The position numbers and the translations under genes are program-made. A stretch of DNA of 64,000 bases from the NCBI GenBank assembly GCA_965248925.1, contig CBDFLE010000006.1:2560001-2624000 (forward strand), read 5' to 3'. The DNA comes from Candidatus Multivoradales bacterium (GTDB taxonomy: Bacteria; Acidobacteriota; Thermoanaerobaculia; Multivoradales; J023). Shown in pieces: positions 31,072 through 41,657 of the stretch. The first letter of the stretch is position 1. Each line of letters begins with the position of its first letter. Under the pieces are notes generated by a model. It was given only the letters and a program-made list of their open reading frames with translations. It was not told where the DNA came from and did no database searches.

Positions 31072-31488
31072 TCATCCCTGCTCCAACCAGCGCACCTCGA
31101 CAACGGCTTCAACCTGGCGAAACGCTGGATCTCCCGTGACCACCACGGCATCCTTCTGCTGTGCCAGAGCGACCGCGAAGGCATCGGCATAGGAGAGGGG
31201 GTAGTGAGCCTTGATGTGGGCGGCGGCAAAAGTGAGGGTGCGGTCAGCGTTAGCAATGCGCAAGGGGAGTTGGTCGAGTAAAGCAACCGCCTTCTGAGCC
31301 GGCCGCAAGCCTTGCTCACGCTCCGTGATGTACAACACCTCACCAACGTTGATGATCGACATCCAGCCCTCGGCAGCACCCGTGGCACAAGTGGCAAGGA
31401 GGGTCTCGACAGAGTTGGCACCGGCCTCATTCTCGAAGTAGGCCAGGAGGGCGAAGGAGTCGAAAACGTAGCGTTCAGCCGGATTCAC
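31072..31488 (-). CDS. vapC: VapC-family PIN toxin
   Basis: YVFDSFALL, INVGEV, SYADAF, VTGD acidic PIN residues. Confidence 0.9.
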   Translation of the reverse strand: MNPAERYVFDSFALLAYFENEAGANSVETLLATCATGAAEGWMSIINVGEVLYITEREQGLRPAQKAVALLDQLPLRIANADRTLTFAAAHIKAHYPLSYADAFAVALAQQKDAVVVTGDPAFRQVEAVVEVRWLEQG

Positions 31489-31756
31489 GGTCGCGATCTC
31501 GACGGCGTTCCGCGAGCAACGCCCGGGTCAACGTCCTCTTGATGCCTTTGCTTGAAAACGACCCTCGCGCCTCGCGGACTGGATCCCTCAACGCCGGCAC
31601 CAGACCGAGAACCCCACCGTAATCGACAATGCGAACCTCTGCTCCGGGCTCGATCCGATATTTGTGGCGCAGTGGCGCCGGGATGACAATCCACCCCTTG
31701 GAGGAGACCTTGGCCGTTGCTCCACCGGAACTCGTTGTTATACTCATGACACTCAT
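31475..31756 (-). CDS. AbrB/MazE/SpoVT-family antitoxin
   Basis: AKVSSKGWIVIPAPLRHKYRIEPG; overlaps the toxin start; start at 31756 or 31747. Confidence 0.88.
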   Translation of the reverse strand: MSVMSITTSSGGATAKVSSKGWIVIPAPLRHKYRIEPGAEVRIVDYGGVLGLVPALRDPVREARGSFSSKGIKRTLTRALLAERRRDRDRESG

Positions 31757-31766
31757 AGTATAACAA
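31735..31766. promoter_or_regulatory. Toxin-antitoxin operator: perfect 10-bp inverted repeat overlapping -10 TATACT
   Basis: TTGTTATACT-12 bp-AGTATAACAA. Confidence 0.7.
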
Positions 31767-31798
31767 GCTCTATCCTGCAAGGGTTGCCGATTGGCTAG

Positions 31799-32914
31799 CT
31801 ACCCAGAAAATGCCATCCGCCAGAGCAGGCGGAGAACCCCTCCCAGTCCCAGGCTGGAGAGCTTGCGAGTACGGCTGTGGATCCCAAGAATGCACGAGAA
31901 GAGTTCCGGCTCCCGCGCCAAAGCGCCCACCATCCGACGGCGCACCCGAGGGTGGCGCTCGATCCGCAGGAGCCAGCGGGTGAGGTTGTCAGGCAGGGCG
32001 TGGAGTCGGCGGTGGGCTTTGGTATACGAGCGCGGGTCGCCAGCGGCCAGTGCCTCGGCCAGAGCTTCGGCTTGGTGGAAAGCCAGCGACAGACCCTCGC
32101 CGGTGATGGCATCGACATAACCCGCGGCATCGCCGACCAGCAGCACTCGACCCCGCCACACCCCCCGGACCCGCTGCATCAGTGGGCCAGCGCCCCGGTG
32201 ACGCGATACCTCACGACAGCCAACAATTCGTTGCCGTAGATCGGGAAAGGAATCGAGCAGCTGGTCGAAACTAGCCTTGCGACCACTCCACAAGATGGCA
32301 ATGCCGACCTCGCGACTCGCTACCGGCGTGACATATGCCTCACAACCAGCCGCCCAATAGACCTCGACACAGTCGCTCCACGGCTCTACCTCGAAATGGC
32401 GCCGAACACCAAAGCGGCGGAACTTCACCGGACGCGTGGCAAGCCCGGCCCAGGAACGCACCGGCGAACGCAGGCCGTCGGCTCCCACGACCCATCGAGC
32501 GGCGAATTCTCCCGTTTCCGTCCGCACTCCTTGGCGGCTTAGCCCTTTGACTCGGCTGTTCCACTCGATCTCGACGCCAACCTCCTCGGCCCGCTTGATC
32601 AGCGCCAGGTGGAGCTGGGTACGGCGAATGCCAAAACCGTTGCCCTCGGGGAAGCGGCCCTCAGCCACCAGGTCCCGGTCAAGGTAGCGAATGCCAAAGA
32701 AGGGGTGGCAGGCGCTGAGATCGAGACTCACGCCGAGGCGCCGCAGCACGGCAACACCATCAGGCATCAAACCTTCGCCGCAGGCCTTGTCGATCGGTCC
32801 CTGGCGACTGGCTTCGAGCACGGTGACCGAGAAGTCCGTGCCCCGCAGAGCTACCGCTGCCGCCAGACCGGCCGGACCCCCACCGACCACCACCACCTGA
32901 TCAGTCATCGCCAC
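31799..32914 (-). CDS. FAD-dependent monooxygenase/oxidoreductase (SrsC-like)
   Basis: GGGPAG, DKACGEGLMP, GADG, GDAAGYVDAITGEG. Confidence 0.85.
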   Translation of the reverse strand: MAMTDQVVVVGGGPAGLAAAVALRGTDFSVTVLEASRQGPIDKACGEGLMPDGVAVLRRLGVSLDLSACHPFFGIRYLDRDLVAEGRFPEGNGFGIRRTQLHLALIKRAEEVGVEIEWNSRVKGLSRQGVRTETGEFAARWVVGADGLRSPVRSWAGLATRPVKFRRFGVRRHFEVEPWSDCVEVYWAAGCEAYVTPVASREVGIAILWSGRKASFDQLLDSFPDLRQRIVGCREVSRHRGAGPLMQRVRGVWRGRVLLVGDAAGYVDAITGEGLSLAFHQAEALAEALAAGDPRSYTKAHRRLHALPDNLTRWLLRIERHPRVRRRMVGALAREPELFSCILGIHSRTRKLSSLGLGGVLRLLWRMAFSG

Positions 32915-34658
32915 GAGTTCGCCGAGCCCGAGTCCGCGCCAAGGTCGAACGAGCCATCGCTCCGGCCAGATACAGCGGCGTCACCCGGCGCGGCGGCAGC
33001 AGCTCCCCGCGCCGATGACGTTCAAGAGTCTGACCACGCCGCAGTTTGCCCGAACTGGTGCGCGGCAGGGTGCCCGGCTCGAGAACATGGATCGCGGCGC
33101 AGCGCAGTCCAGTAGCCGCCAACACCGCCTCTGCGGTTCTCTCAGCCAGGCTTTCGCGGTCTTCAGCCGACACCCCGCGAGCATGCTCGACGAAGACCTC
33201 CAGCCGTTCCGCCGCGGCCTCTTGCGGTAACCAGCTGACCGCCACCACACAACCGCGGCGCACCCCGGCCAATTTATCGACCGCCTGCTCGACATCGAGG
33301 GGCGAGTAGTTGCGACCGCGCAAAATCAGCACATCCTTGGCACGACCGGTGAGATAGAGCTCGCCGCCAGCGAGAAATCCAAGATCGCCGGTATCGAGCC
33401 AGCCGTCGCGCAATACCTCGGCGGTAGCCTCGGCGCAATCCAAATAGCCGTCCATCTGTGCCGGACTGCTGACCCAAACTCGACCCTCGATGCCGGCGTC
33501 GAGAACCTCGCCCTGATCATCCTTGAGCCGCACTTCGACACCGGGCAGAGGACGACCCACCGACACCAGTTCGACACCGTCGGTGGCGGCGACCGCCAAG
33601 CCGTCAACGGCCAATCGCTGACGATCAAAGCAGCGCGAAGTGAAGGAGCGATCAAGGTCAGAGAAGGTCACCGCCAGGCTGGCCTCGGACAAGCCATAGA
33701 CCGGGGTCAGGGCCTCGGCCCGAAAGCCCCAGGCGGCAAAACGCCGCTGGAAGGCGCGCAACACCGACGGTGCAATTGACTCTGCCCCATTGAGGGCCAC
33801 CCGACAGGCCGACAAATCGACCCCTTCGAGGTCTTGGTCGCGGATCTTCTCGGTACACAATCCGTAGGCGAAGTTCGGCGCCACAGTGATCTCAGCGCGA
33901 TAGCGCGACAAGGTGCGCAGCCAGATCGCCGGCCGGGCGACAAACACCTCGGGGCCGATCAAGGTCATCACGCTGGGCAGTTCTAAGGCCGGGAAGATGC
34001 AGCCGATCAAACCCATGTCATGGTAGAGCGGCAACCAACTCACGCCACTGGGCACGGTGCCAATATTCGCCGGCCAGAAGCTATTCAGAGCCTGTACCTG
34101 GGCCAACACGGCACGGTGGGCCAACGCCACGGGCTTGGGCTCGACGGTGGTGCCAGAAGAAAACTGCACCAAGGCCAACTGGTCGGCATTTTCAACTAAC
34201 TCAGGCGGCGCCTTGGCGACCGCCGGCAAGCGCCTCAGAGTCTTGCAGCCAAGTGCCGGACGGGCCAGCGCTATGCTCTCGCCCAACAGCCGCTCGACCC
34301 GCCGGTCCACCAGCACCAACCGCGCTGATACCGCTTGCATCATGCGCGCCGTGCGCCGGTGGTATTCGTCGAGGCGACCTAGGCGAACTGGCGGATAGAG
34401 CGGCACCGGAACCGCCCCGGCCCGCAAAATGCCAAAGAACGCGGCGAAGAACGCGGCTCCCGTGGGGTAGATCAAGACCACCCGATCAGCGGCCAAAACG
34501 CCCAGGGCAAGCAAGCTGGCGGCGGTCTGCTCAGCCTGGCGATAGACCTCGTCCCAGCCCAACCAGGTGGCCTTCTCACGCCGATCGATCAACCGCAAAC
34601 CAGTGCCGGGCTGGCCAGCGGCTCGCTGCAACAAACCGCTGAGCGTTTCAGGGGGCAA
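32901..34658 (-). CDS. Fatty acyl-AMP ligase (FAAL)
   Basis: QFSSGTT, SWLPLYHDMGLIG, PNFAY, YGLSEASL with FAAL insertion, LPRTSSGK. Confidence 0.88.
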   Translation of the reverse strand: MPPETLSGLLQRAAGQPGTGLRLIDRREKATWLGWDEVYRQAEQTAASLLALGVLAADRVVLIYPTGAAFFAAFFGILRAGAVPVPLYPPVRLGRLDEYHRRTARMMQAVSARLVLVDRRVERLLGESIALARPALGCKTLRRLPAVAKAPPELVENADQLALVQFSSGTTVEPKPVALAHRAVLAQVQALNSFWPANIGTVPSGVSWLPLYHDMGLIGCIFPALELPSVMTLIGPEVFVARPAIWLRTLSRYRAEITVAPNFAYGLCTEKIRDQDLEGVDLSACRVALNGAESIAPSVLRAFQRRFAAWGFRAEALTPVYGLSEASLAVTFSDLDRSFTSRCFDRQRLAVDGLAVAATDGVELVSVGRPLPGVEVRLKDDQGEVLDAGIEGRVWVSSPAQMDGYLDCAEATAEVLRDGWLDTGDLGFLAGGELYLTGRAKDVLILRGRNYSPLDVEQAVDKLAGVRRGCVVAVSWLPQEAAAERLEVFVEHARGVSAEDRESLAERTAEAVLAATGLRCAAIHVLEPGTLPRTSSGKLRRGQTLERHRRGELLPPRRVTPLYLAGAMARSTLARTRARRTRGDD

Positions 34659-34890
34659 GTTTCTTTCCCACCAAAGTCACCAGGTCACCCACCGTCACCA
34701 GAGCATCTTCATCGTCTTCGTCGAGGCAAATACGGAAGCGGTCTTCGACTTCCATCGCCAGGGTGAGGAGGCGGATCGAATCGAGCTGTAGATCTTCCAC
34801 CAATCGCATTTCGGCCCGGACGGGCCCCGACCATTCGAGCTTCTCGCGCGCCAAGCGGGCTATTTCGCCCAATATCTCGTGGCTCTTCAT
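34648..34890 (-). CDS. Acyl carrier protein
   Basis: DLQLDSI phosphopantetheine motif; 80 aa, acidic. Confidence 0.9.
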   Translation of the reverse strand: MKSHEILGEIARLAREKLEWSGPVRAEMRLVEDLQLDSIRLLTLAMEVEDRFRICLDEDDEDALVTVGDLVTLVGKKLAP

Positions 34891-35486
34891 CCCTGCCCTC
34901 GATTGCCGCCAGCGGGCAAGAAACGGGGCCGATCGGCGAACTGCTCGCGGTAGGCAGAGTGCTCAAAGAGCGCTGCTTCCTCAGCCCGGATTCGTTGCCT
35001 CAAGACCCAGAGATTGCCCAGGCTGTAGAGCGTCGCAGTTATCCAGGCTGTATGCACTAACGGCAAGGCAGCCACCTCGAACACCACCGCCAGATAGTTG
35101 GGGTGACGTAAGAATCGATATGGCCCGCGGACCACGGCGGCTTCTCCAGGCACCACCCAGACCTCGGTCGTCCAACGGTCACCAAGGCTCGAGATTGCCC
35201 AATAACGCAGTGCCATGGTCGCTACCACGAGAGCCAACATGGCAAGCGCCAGGGTCGGCAACAAGGGCCGCCGCAACCACCAGATCTCGGCCGGCGCGGC
35301 GAGCAGCAAGGTGGCATGCAAGACCACCATCCAGGGATAGTGGGCGCTAACCACCCGAAAGCCACCGCGAGCAGCCAGCCGCCGAGCATTGCGCCGGGTC
35401 AGAAGAAGCTCGACCAAGCGCTCCAGCACGATGAGGCCGATGAACCCGAGATACCAATAGCGAGTCTCAATGCCCAATATCATCAC
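34887..35486 (-). CDS. Isoprenylcysteine carboxyl methyltransferase-family protein (SrsB/BpsB-like)
   Basis: LRYWAISSLG, GPYRFLRHPNY, RIRAEE. Confidence 0.88.
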   Translation of the reverse strand: MMILGIETRYWYLGFIGLIVLERLVELLLTRRNARRLAARGGFRVVSAHYPWMVVLHATLLLAAPAEIWWLRRPLLPTLALAMLALVVATMALRYWAISSLGDRWTTEVWVVPGEAAVVRGPYRFLRHPNYLAVVFEVAALPLVHTAWITATLYSLGNLWVLRQRIRAEEAALFEHSAYREQFADRPRFLPAGGNRGQG

Positions 35487-35496
35487 AGCCGCCGGC

Positions 35497-36552
35497 TCAC
35501 CACCGAAGCAACACCAGCTCAGAGCAGAATCCCGGCCCCATCGCCAGCAACACTCCCCAACTGCCCGCCGCCGGCCGCTGTTCGAGCAAGGTGTCGCGCA
35601 GCACCAACAGCACCGAAGTCGAAGAGAGGTTTCCTAACTCACGCAGACTGCGCCAGGTCAGGTTGAGGGCGTCGTCGGCAAGTTCGAGGCCCTCCTGCAT
35701 CGCTTGCAGAACCTTCGGCCCTCCCGGATGGCAGACCCAGGAGGAGATATCAGCACGGACCAGTCCCTGATCGGTGAGAAACCGGTCGACATCGGCGCGG
35801 AGATGCCGAGTGACCATTTGCGGCACTTCGGCGGAGAGCACGATCCCGAATCCTTGTTCGCCAATATCCCAACCCATGACCTGCTCGGTATCGCGATAGA
35901 ACACCGAGCGTGTCGCCACCACCCGCGGTCCATCACCAACCGCTGGATGTTCGGACCCGGCAACCACCACCGCCGCCGCGCCGTCGCCAAACAAGCCCGA
36001 AGCGATCAAGTTGGCGACCGAAACGTCCTGCCGTTGCAGAGTCAAGGAACACAGCTCCACCGACAGCAAGACCGCGATTCGCTGGGGATAGGCCCGCACG
36101 TAGTCGGCGGCGCGAGAGATCCCCGCCGCTCCCGCCACGCAGCCAAGGCCAAAGATCGGCATCCGGTGGATGGACAGCGGCAATTCGAGACGGTTCATCA
36201 GGCGAGCGTCGAGCGAGGGAGTCGCCACCCCAGTGACCGTCACCGTCAGCAAGGCATCGACATCCGCACACTTGAGATCAGCGCTGGCCAGAGCATCTTG
36301 GATCGCCGCCGCGCCGACCTCTTGCGCCACCCGGATCCAAGCATTGTTGGCGTCGCCAAAGCCCCGCAGCTGCTCATATTGGTCGAGTTCGAGAGCCAGA
36401 TGACGACCACCGACCAGAACATTGGCAAACATCCGGTCGAGGCGCTGCGGATTGAAGTGCTGGCGCGACCAATAGCGCCGGATCGCCGCTAGCAGCTGTT
36501 CTTGATCGTAGTAGTGCGGCGGCAAGGCCTTGCCGACAGCTACGATGCGCAC
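35497..36552 (-). CDS. Type III polyketide synthase (SrsA/BpsA/FtpA-like)
   Basis: Catalytic triad GLGCVAG, CHPGGPK, GNLSS; GPGF. Confidence 0.93.
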   Translation of the reverse strand: MRIVAVGKALPPHYYDQEQLLAAIRRYWSRQHFNPQRLDRMFANVLVGGRHLALELDQYEQLRGFGDANNAWIRVAQEVGAAAIQDALASADLKCADVDALLTVTVTGVATPSLDARLMNRLELPLSIHRMPIFGLGCVAGAAGISRAADYVRAYPQRIAVLLSVELCSLTLQRQDVSVANLIASGLFGDGAAAVVVAGSEHPAVGDGPRVVATRSVFYRDTEQVMGWDIGEQGFGIVLSAEVPQMVTRHLRADVDRFLTDQGLVRADISSWVCHPGGPKVLQAMQEGLELADDALNLTWRSLRELGNLSSTSVLLVLRDTLLEQRPAAGSWGVLLAMGPGFCSELVLLRW

Positions 36553-36597
36553 CTTAGCGAACCCCTAGCCCGCGGGCGCTGACCGGCGTCAAACCAC

Positions 36598-37071
36598 TCA
36601 CTCCAGATCATCCCGGGGTGGTTGCCAAGGGTCTTCTTCAACCGCCGGCGAGGGGCTACCGGTGAGCCCGGAGCGGCGTGCCAAAAGCGCTAGCGCCAAG
36701 CCACACACGGTGTAGAGCACCCACCAAGCCAAGGCCAAATTCCACCACGCCTGGTGCGATTGGCGGGTTGCCACGACGATGGTGATCACCAGCAGCGGTC
36801 CGCGAAACACCCACGCTAGCCAGCCGGCTGCCAAGCCGTCCAACCACCAGGTACCGGCGCGGCCAAGAATCATCAAATAGAGGCCCAGCAGACCCACCGC
36901 CTCGAGCAACCAGGCACCGAGGACCAGCTTCGGTGGCAAGCGCTGCTCGTCGAAAGACAATTTGATGACCGCGCCGGAACGAGGCTCAAGATCGAGCACG
37001 TCGACGGTGAAGCCAAATATGGCCATCGTCAGCACCAAGAGCGGCAGGGCTATGAAAACAAAGCGAAGCAA
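36598..37071 (-). CDS. Hypothetical membrane protein (about 4 TM)
   Basis: Hydrophobic ORF; start uncertain. Confidence 0.6.
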   Translation of the reverse strand: MLRFVFIALPLLVLTMAIFGFTVDVLDLEPRSGAVIKLSFDEQRLPPKLVLGAWLLEAVGLLGLYLMILGRAGTWWLDGLAAGWLAWVFRGPLLVITIVVATRQSHQAWWNLALAWWVLYTVCGLALALLARRSGLTGSPSPAVEEDPWQPPRDDLE

Positions 37072-37249
37072 AGTAGAGCGATCGTAGCCGAATTCAATCT
37101 CCGCTGCATGGCGAAGATCAACGCATTGGGCCCGTGAAGAATTAACCTCCGCATACCCAGGTGGACCGGAGTACGCCACAGGGAAAGTAACCCCGCGAAA
37201 GGCGACGCTCTGGGTGGCCGAATAGCGGACGTTTCTCTTTCGCGGGCCT

Positions 37250-38668
37250 TTACTGGGCCGCGACCGCGTCCTCCGGCAGGGAGATCGGGGCCAGTGCGGC
37301 CGCGTCGACACCATCGAGCACCACCAAGCCTGAGCCTAGCGGATCGAGCCAGTCGGAGAAGCGGCCGCCCGGAAGGTCATTGCCGGCCCACGAGGTCGCC
37401 AGTCGGCCAAACCAATCGGGGCCCTGGTTGCCACAGGCGGCGTAACCCCCGTGCAGCTGGCCGACCACGCGGTGATCCTGATTAAACAGCGGGCCGCCCG
37501 AGGAACCGCCTTCGGTTGAACCAACCTCCCAACCGTCTACTCGCAGGTGGCTACCCGCTGCCGGCTGGCGGCTCAGATGGTCGGTGCGTGGTGCCGGATC
37601 ACGATCGAAGCTAATCCGCTTGACGTCGGTGTTCGGATGGTGGATGGCGGCGGTGCGCAAGGGCACGGAATCGCTGCGGTCCCAACCGGCGTAGAACACC
37701 CCGAACGCCGGATCCGGCAGATCGTCGAGTTCCAACAGCACCGCATCCGCGGTCAGTACCTCTGCCCGCAGCACCGCGCCGGTTTGGAACTGGCTGAGAC
37801 CGCGGCGTTCAGCAGCCAGCCTCTGGGCTCGGTTGAGTGGTCGCTTCGGCCCGCGTTCGCAGATGGCTCGCTGGTGATTCCACACCACCACCACCGACGG
37901 CGCATTGATCTCGTCGATCTCACAGTGGCTAGCGGTGGCGAAGAGCGGCCGCCCATCTTGGGCCGAGTTGTTGAGCAAGAAGCCAGTGCAAAAACGAACC
38001 CCTCCGATCGCCACCAGTCCGACGGCTCGCACTTCGTCGATCCATGGGTCGGCTTCGGCACAGACCACATCGACATGGCAGTCGCCACTCTTGGCGGTGG
38101 GCTGACCAAAACCGGCATAGCCATGCTGGATCGAGGTCAACCGCAGCTCCAACTTCTCCAGCCCGGCCATCGGCAAGCGCAGATCGAGCACCAGTTCTTG
38201 GCCCGGAATGGGCGGTGTCCACAACTGGCGGTGCTCTTCGTTGTCGTGTTCGGTGAAGGGGCCGATGTGATGCTTGCCGTCGGCGGTATGCAGCGTCAGC
38301 TCGCCACCCGCCGGCATCCAATAGCGACCAAAACCGAGGCTCAGCGACAAGGCGCGAGGAGAATGCAAACGCAGGCGCCAGCGCAATTTGCCATCCGCCA
38401 AGACTTCCCATCCATTCTCAGTCCAGGGGGATACCTCCACCGGAATTCGGTGCGCGAAATGGGGCGACTGGCCAGCTTTGACCCGCGACTCATCCAGCGC
38501 TTGCAGCTGGTTCTGATCCACCAGCGGTAGTCGAAAGCGCTTGACCGTCTGAAACTGCCCGGCCACCTGAGCCCCGGCCGCTACTGCCGCAGACAGCCAC
38601 AATGCTAGTAGACAGAGGGCCAGGCTGTAGCGAAGGCTGGGGTTTGGCTGAATAGAGCGCGTTTTCAT
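37250..38668 (-). CDS. Secreted lysyl-endopeptidase-like S1 serine protease
   Basis: Signal peptide and pro-region; CTGFLLNN, TASHC, ADAVLLEL, GGSSGGP, GQLHGG. Confidence 0.88.
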   Translation of the reverse strand: MKTRSIQPNPSLRYSLALCLLALWLSAAVAAGAQVAGQFQTVKRFRLPLVDQNQLQALDESRVKAGQSPHFAHRIPVEVSPWTENGWEVLADGKLRWRLRLHSPRALSLSLGFGRYWMPAGGELTLHTADGKHHIGPFTEHDNEEHRQLWTPPIPGQELVLDLRLPMAGLEKLELRLTSIQHGYAGFGQPTAKSGDCHVDVVCAEADPWIDEVRAVGLVAIGGVRFCTGFLLNNSAQDGRPLFATASHCEIDEINAPSVVVVWNHQRAICERGPKRPLNRAQRLAAERRGLSQFQTGAVLRAEVLTADAVLLELDDLPDPAFGVFYAGWDRSDSVPLRTAAIHHPNTDVKRISFDRDPAPRTDHLSRQPAAGSHLRVDGWEVGSTEGGSSGGPLFNQDHRVVGQLHGGYAACGNQGPDWFGRLATSWAGNDLPGGRFSDWLDPLGSGLVVLDGVDAAALAPISLPEDAVAAQ

Positions 38669-38769
38669 GTCGTTGCACCAGTTTGGCTTGAGGCACCGGG
38701 TCGAAGCGTCGAGCCACGGCACCGGGTCCAGACTGAGCCCGAGCACGGTGCGTACCGTTCTAAATTCTA

Positions 38770-40713
38770 TCATGCCAACTCAGGAAGGTCCGCAAATAGC
38801 TTCAGCGCTTCCGGGTTGGCCAGCGCATCGACATTCTTGACCGGCTGACCATGAATCACCGCGCGTACTGCCAGCTCGGTGATCTTGCCCGAGCGGGTAC
38901 GCGGGATATCGGCCACCTGGACGATCACCTTGGGAACATGGAACGGTGAGGCGTGGTGGCGGATCTGCCGACGGATCGTATCCCTCAAGCCCTCGTCGAG
39001 TTGCAATCCAGGGCGCAGACAAACGAAGAGCACGACCCTGACGTCGTCCTGCCAACGCTGACCGACCACCAGCGCCTCGACTACCTCGTCGAGTTGCTCG
39101 ACCTGGCGATAGATCTCGGCAGTTCCAATCCGCACTCCCCCCGGATTGAGCGTGGCGTCGGATCGCCCATGGATGATCAGCCCGCCTCGCTCAGTGAGTT
39201 CGGCCCAATCTCCATGACGCCAGATACCGGGGAAGTGCTCGAAGTAGGCCGCCCGGTATCGGCTACCGTCGCTGTCGTCCCAGAACCCCACCGGCATCGA
39301 GGGAAAAGCCCGCGTACAGACCAGCTCTCCTTTCTCGCCGACCCGCGGCTTGCCCTCCTCGTCCCACACCTCAACCGCCATGCCCAGGCCTCGGGTCTGC
39401 AACTCACCGCGAAACACCGGCGCCACTGGGTTGCCTAGGGCAAAACAGGAGATCAGATCGGTGCCGCCTGAAATGGAGGACAGGCAGAGATCCTCCTTGA
39501 TGTCACGGTAGACGTAGTCGTAGCTCTCATGCGCCAGCGGCGAGCCGGTGGAGAGAATGGTTCGCAGAGCCGCCAAATCGTGCTCGGCCCGCGGCACCAC
39601 CCCTTCCTTCTCCGCCATCGCCAGATATTTAGCGCTAGTGCCGAAAACAGTGACCTGGTCGCGCTCAGCCATGTCCCACAACGCAGCCGGCCGCGGCGCC
39701 AGCGGCGAGCCGTCCCACAACACTATCTTGGCGCCAACCGCCAGGCTGGACACCAGCCAATTCCACATCATCCAACCGCAGGTGGTGAAGTAGAAGATGG
39801 AGTCTTGCCGCGTCAGATCGGTGTGTAACACCAGCTCCTTGAGGTGCTGCAGCAGAGTGCCGCCAGCACCATGCACCATGCACTTCGGCAATCCGGTGGT
39901 ACCTGAGGAGTAAAGGATGTAGAGGGGATGGTCGAAAGGCAGTTGAATAAAGTCGATTTCGGCCACCGGGTAGTCGGCAACGAATTCCGGCCACAGCTCC
40001 AGCCGGTCGTCGAAGTCCGCCGCTGGCGCCGGCTCGAGATAGGGCACCACCACCACCTTGGCCAGCGCCGGCAACTCACCGAGCACCTGCCGAATCCGAC
40101 CAAGAGAGTCATAGGCCTTGCCCGCGAAACGGTAACCATCGGCGGTAAACAACACCTTGGGCTCGATCTGACCGAAGCGGTCGAGCACCCCCTTGACACC
40201 GAAATCCGGCGAGCATGAAGACCAGGTCGCGCCAAGGCTGGAGGTGGCCAACATCGCGATGACCGCGGCTGGGATATTGGGCAGGAAGCCGACGACCCGA
40301 TCGCCGACACCAACCCCGACCGCCCGCAACGCTTGAGCCACTCGGGAAACCTCGGCGTAAAGTTCGGCATGGCTCAGCTCGGCCTGCCGGCCAGCCTCGT
40401 TCCAAGCCACTAGCGCAATTCGCTGATCGCGATAGCGCAATAGGTTCTCAGCGAAGTTCAGCCGCGCGCCCGAGAACCATCTGGCTCCGGGCATGCGCCG
40501 CGGGTGATCGACCACCTGATCCCAGGTCCGCGAAGCGACAATGCCGCAGAAACTCCACACCTGCGCCCAAAAACGGTCGGGATTTTCCACTGACCAATGA
40601 AAAAGAGAGGAAAAATCGTCGAGAGTCGACTCCTCCCGCTTCGATTCGGCAAGAAATCGGGTCATGCTGGCGCGCGCAATACGCTCTACCGAGGGTGTCC
40701 AAACCGGCTTCAT
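38770..40713 (-). CDS. Acetoacetate-CoA ligase
   Basis: LNFAENLL, YSSGTTGLPKCMVHG, WMMWNW, SISGGTD, GRSDATLNPGGVRIGT. Confidence 0.93.
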   Translation of the reverse strand: MKPVWTPSVERIARASMTRFLAESKREESTLDDFSSLFHWSVENPDRFWAQVWSFCGIVASRTWDQVVDHPRRMPGARWFSGARLNFAENLLRYRDQRIALVAWNEAGRQAELSHAELYAEVSRVAQALRAVGVGVGDRVVGFLPNIPAAVIAMLATSSLGATWSSCSPDFGVKGVLDRFGQIEPKVLFTADGYRFAGKAYDSLGRIRQVLGELPALAKVVVVPYLEPAPAADFDDRLELWPEFVADYPVAEIDFIQLPFDHPLYILYSSGTTGLPKCMVHGAGGTLLQHLKELVLHTDLTRQDSIFYFTTCGWMMWNWLVSSLAVGAKIVLWDGSPLAPRPAALWDMAERDQVTVFGTSAKYLAMAEKEGVVPRAEHDLAALRTILSTGSPLAHESYDYVYRDIKEDLCLSSISGGTDLISCFALGNPVAPVFRGELQTRGLGMAVEVWDEEGKPRVGEKGELVCTRAFPSMPVGFWDDSDGSRYRAAYFEHFPGIWRHGDWAELTERGGLIIHGRSDATLNPGGVRIGTAEIYRQVEQLDEVVEALVVGQRWQDDVRVVLFVCLRPGLQLDEGLRDTIRRQIRHHASPFHVPKVIVQVADIPRTRSGKITELAVRAVIHGQPVKNVDALANPEALKLFADLPELA

Positions 40714-40953
40714 ACCGACCTCCGAGTTAGCAGATTCGCTGGGTGCACCGTAGGGTTGCGGGCTTGCCCATTGGGCATCGATCCTAGAGATTCGGTATCA
40801 TTGTGTAGGGTGAAGGACTAACACTCATCCTTTTGACTCTACTATTATTTTCGGGTTAGTGAGAGAAAGCGGCCTTGAAGAAACGCCAGTCGGCCCTAGC
40901 TTGTCGAATGGCGGAAAGGTCAACTGCCAACCCAAACATCGTTGGGCACCCTT

Positions 40954-41529
40954 ATGATTTTGACGCATTCCCAGAAAGTGCTGGACAACGCTGCCAGCGA
41001 CATCAAAAAACGCATCCTGCGCGACGAGGAAGGTGCTCCGCGGCGAATCAAGCCGCTGCTGACCTACATCCACGAACACCTCTTCGATCCATCCTTGGAT
41101 GTCAATCAGCTCAAGCGGGGGTGCGGGGTTCGCGACAATTCGCTGCCGATCCAGTTTCATGCAGCGATCGGCAAACCTCCTCATGCTTACATCGAAGATT
41201 GCCGATTGACGGTGGCCTGCGGGCTGCTGGCCAGTTCCGATCTCAAGGTGTGGAAGATCGCTCAACTGCTCGGCTACTCCAGCATCCAGGTTTTCAGTCG
41301 CGCCTTCACCCGCTGGGGTGGTGTGCGACCCACCACTTATCGCAAACACCGAGTCCTGGCTCCGGAGCGGCAGTCAGCGGAAGTGACCAAGGCTGGCGCT
41401 CGGGGAGCAGAGGCGCGAGACGCCGATTTCCTGCGCCGGGCATTGAAGGGGCAGCTGGAAGCGTCCCAGGCGCGCAACTTGATTGAACAGCTAACCCGTC
41501 TCTACCCAGTTGAGCAAGGCGGCTTCTAG
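40954..41529 (+). CDS. AraC-family HTH transcriptional regulator
   Basis: PHAYIEDCRL..ACGLL..SDLKVWKIAQLLGYSSIQVFSRAF...PTTYR. Confidence 0.85.
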   Translation: MILTHSQKVLDNAASDIKKRILRDEEGAPRRIKPLLTYIHEHLFDPSLDVNQLKRGCGVRDNSLPIQFHAAIGKPPHAYIEDCRLTVACGLLASSDLKVWKIAQLLGYSSIQVFSRAFTRWGGVRPTTYRKHRVLAPERQSAEVTKAGARGAEARDADFLRRALKGQLEASQARNLIEQLTRLYPVEQGGF

Positions 41530-41633
41530 CCGACAGCCGACCAGAGGGGTATCTCGGGAGAAACCGACGAAGCCCATCCTGGCCAAAAGTTACAGCGAAA
41601 ACGCTCGCTGAGCCGCGGCAGGAACATTGACTA

Positions 41634-41657
41634 GCCCGGATCCGCGCGGATCCGGGC
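41634..41657. repeat. Perfect 24-bp palindrome
   Basis: GCCCGGATCCGCGCGGATCCGGGC. Confidence 0.85.
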
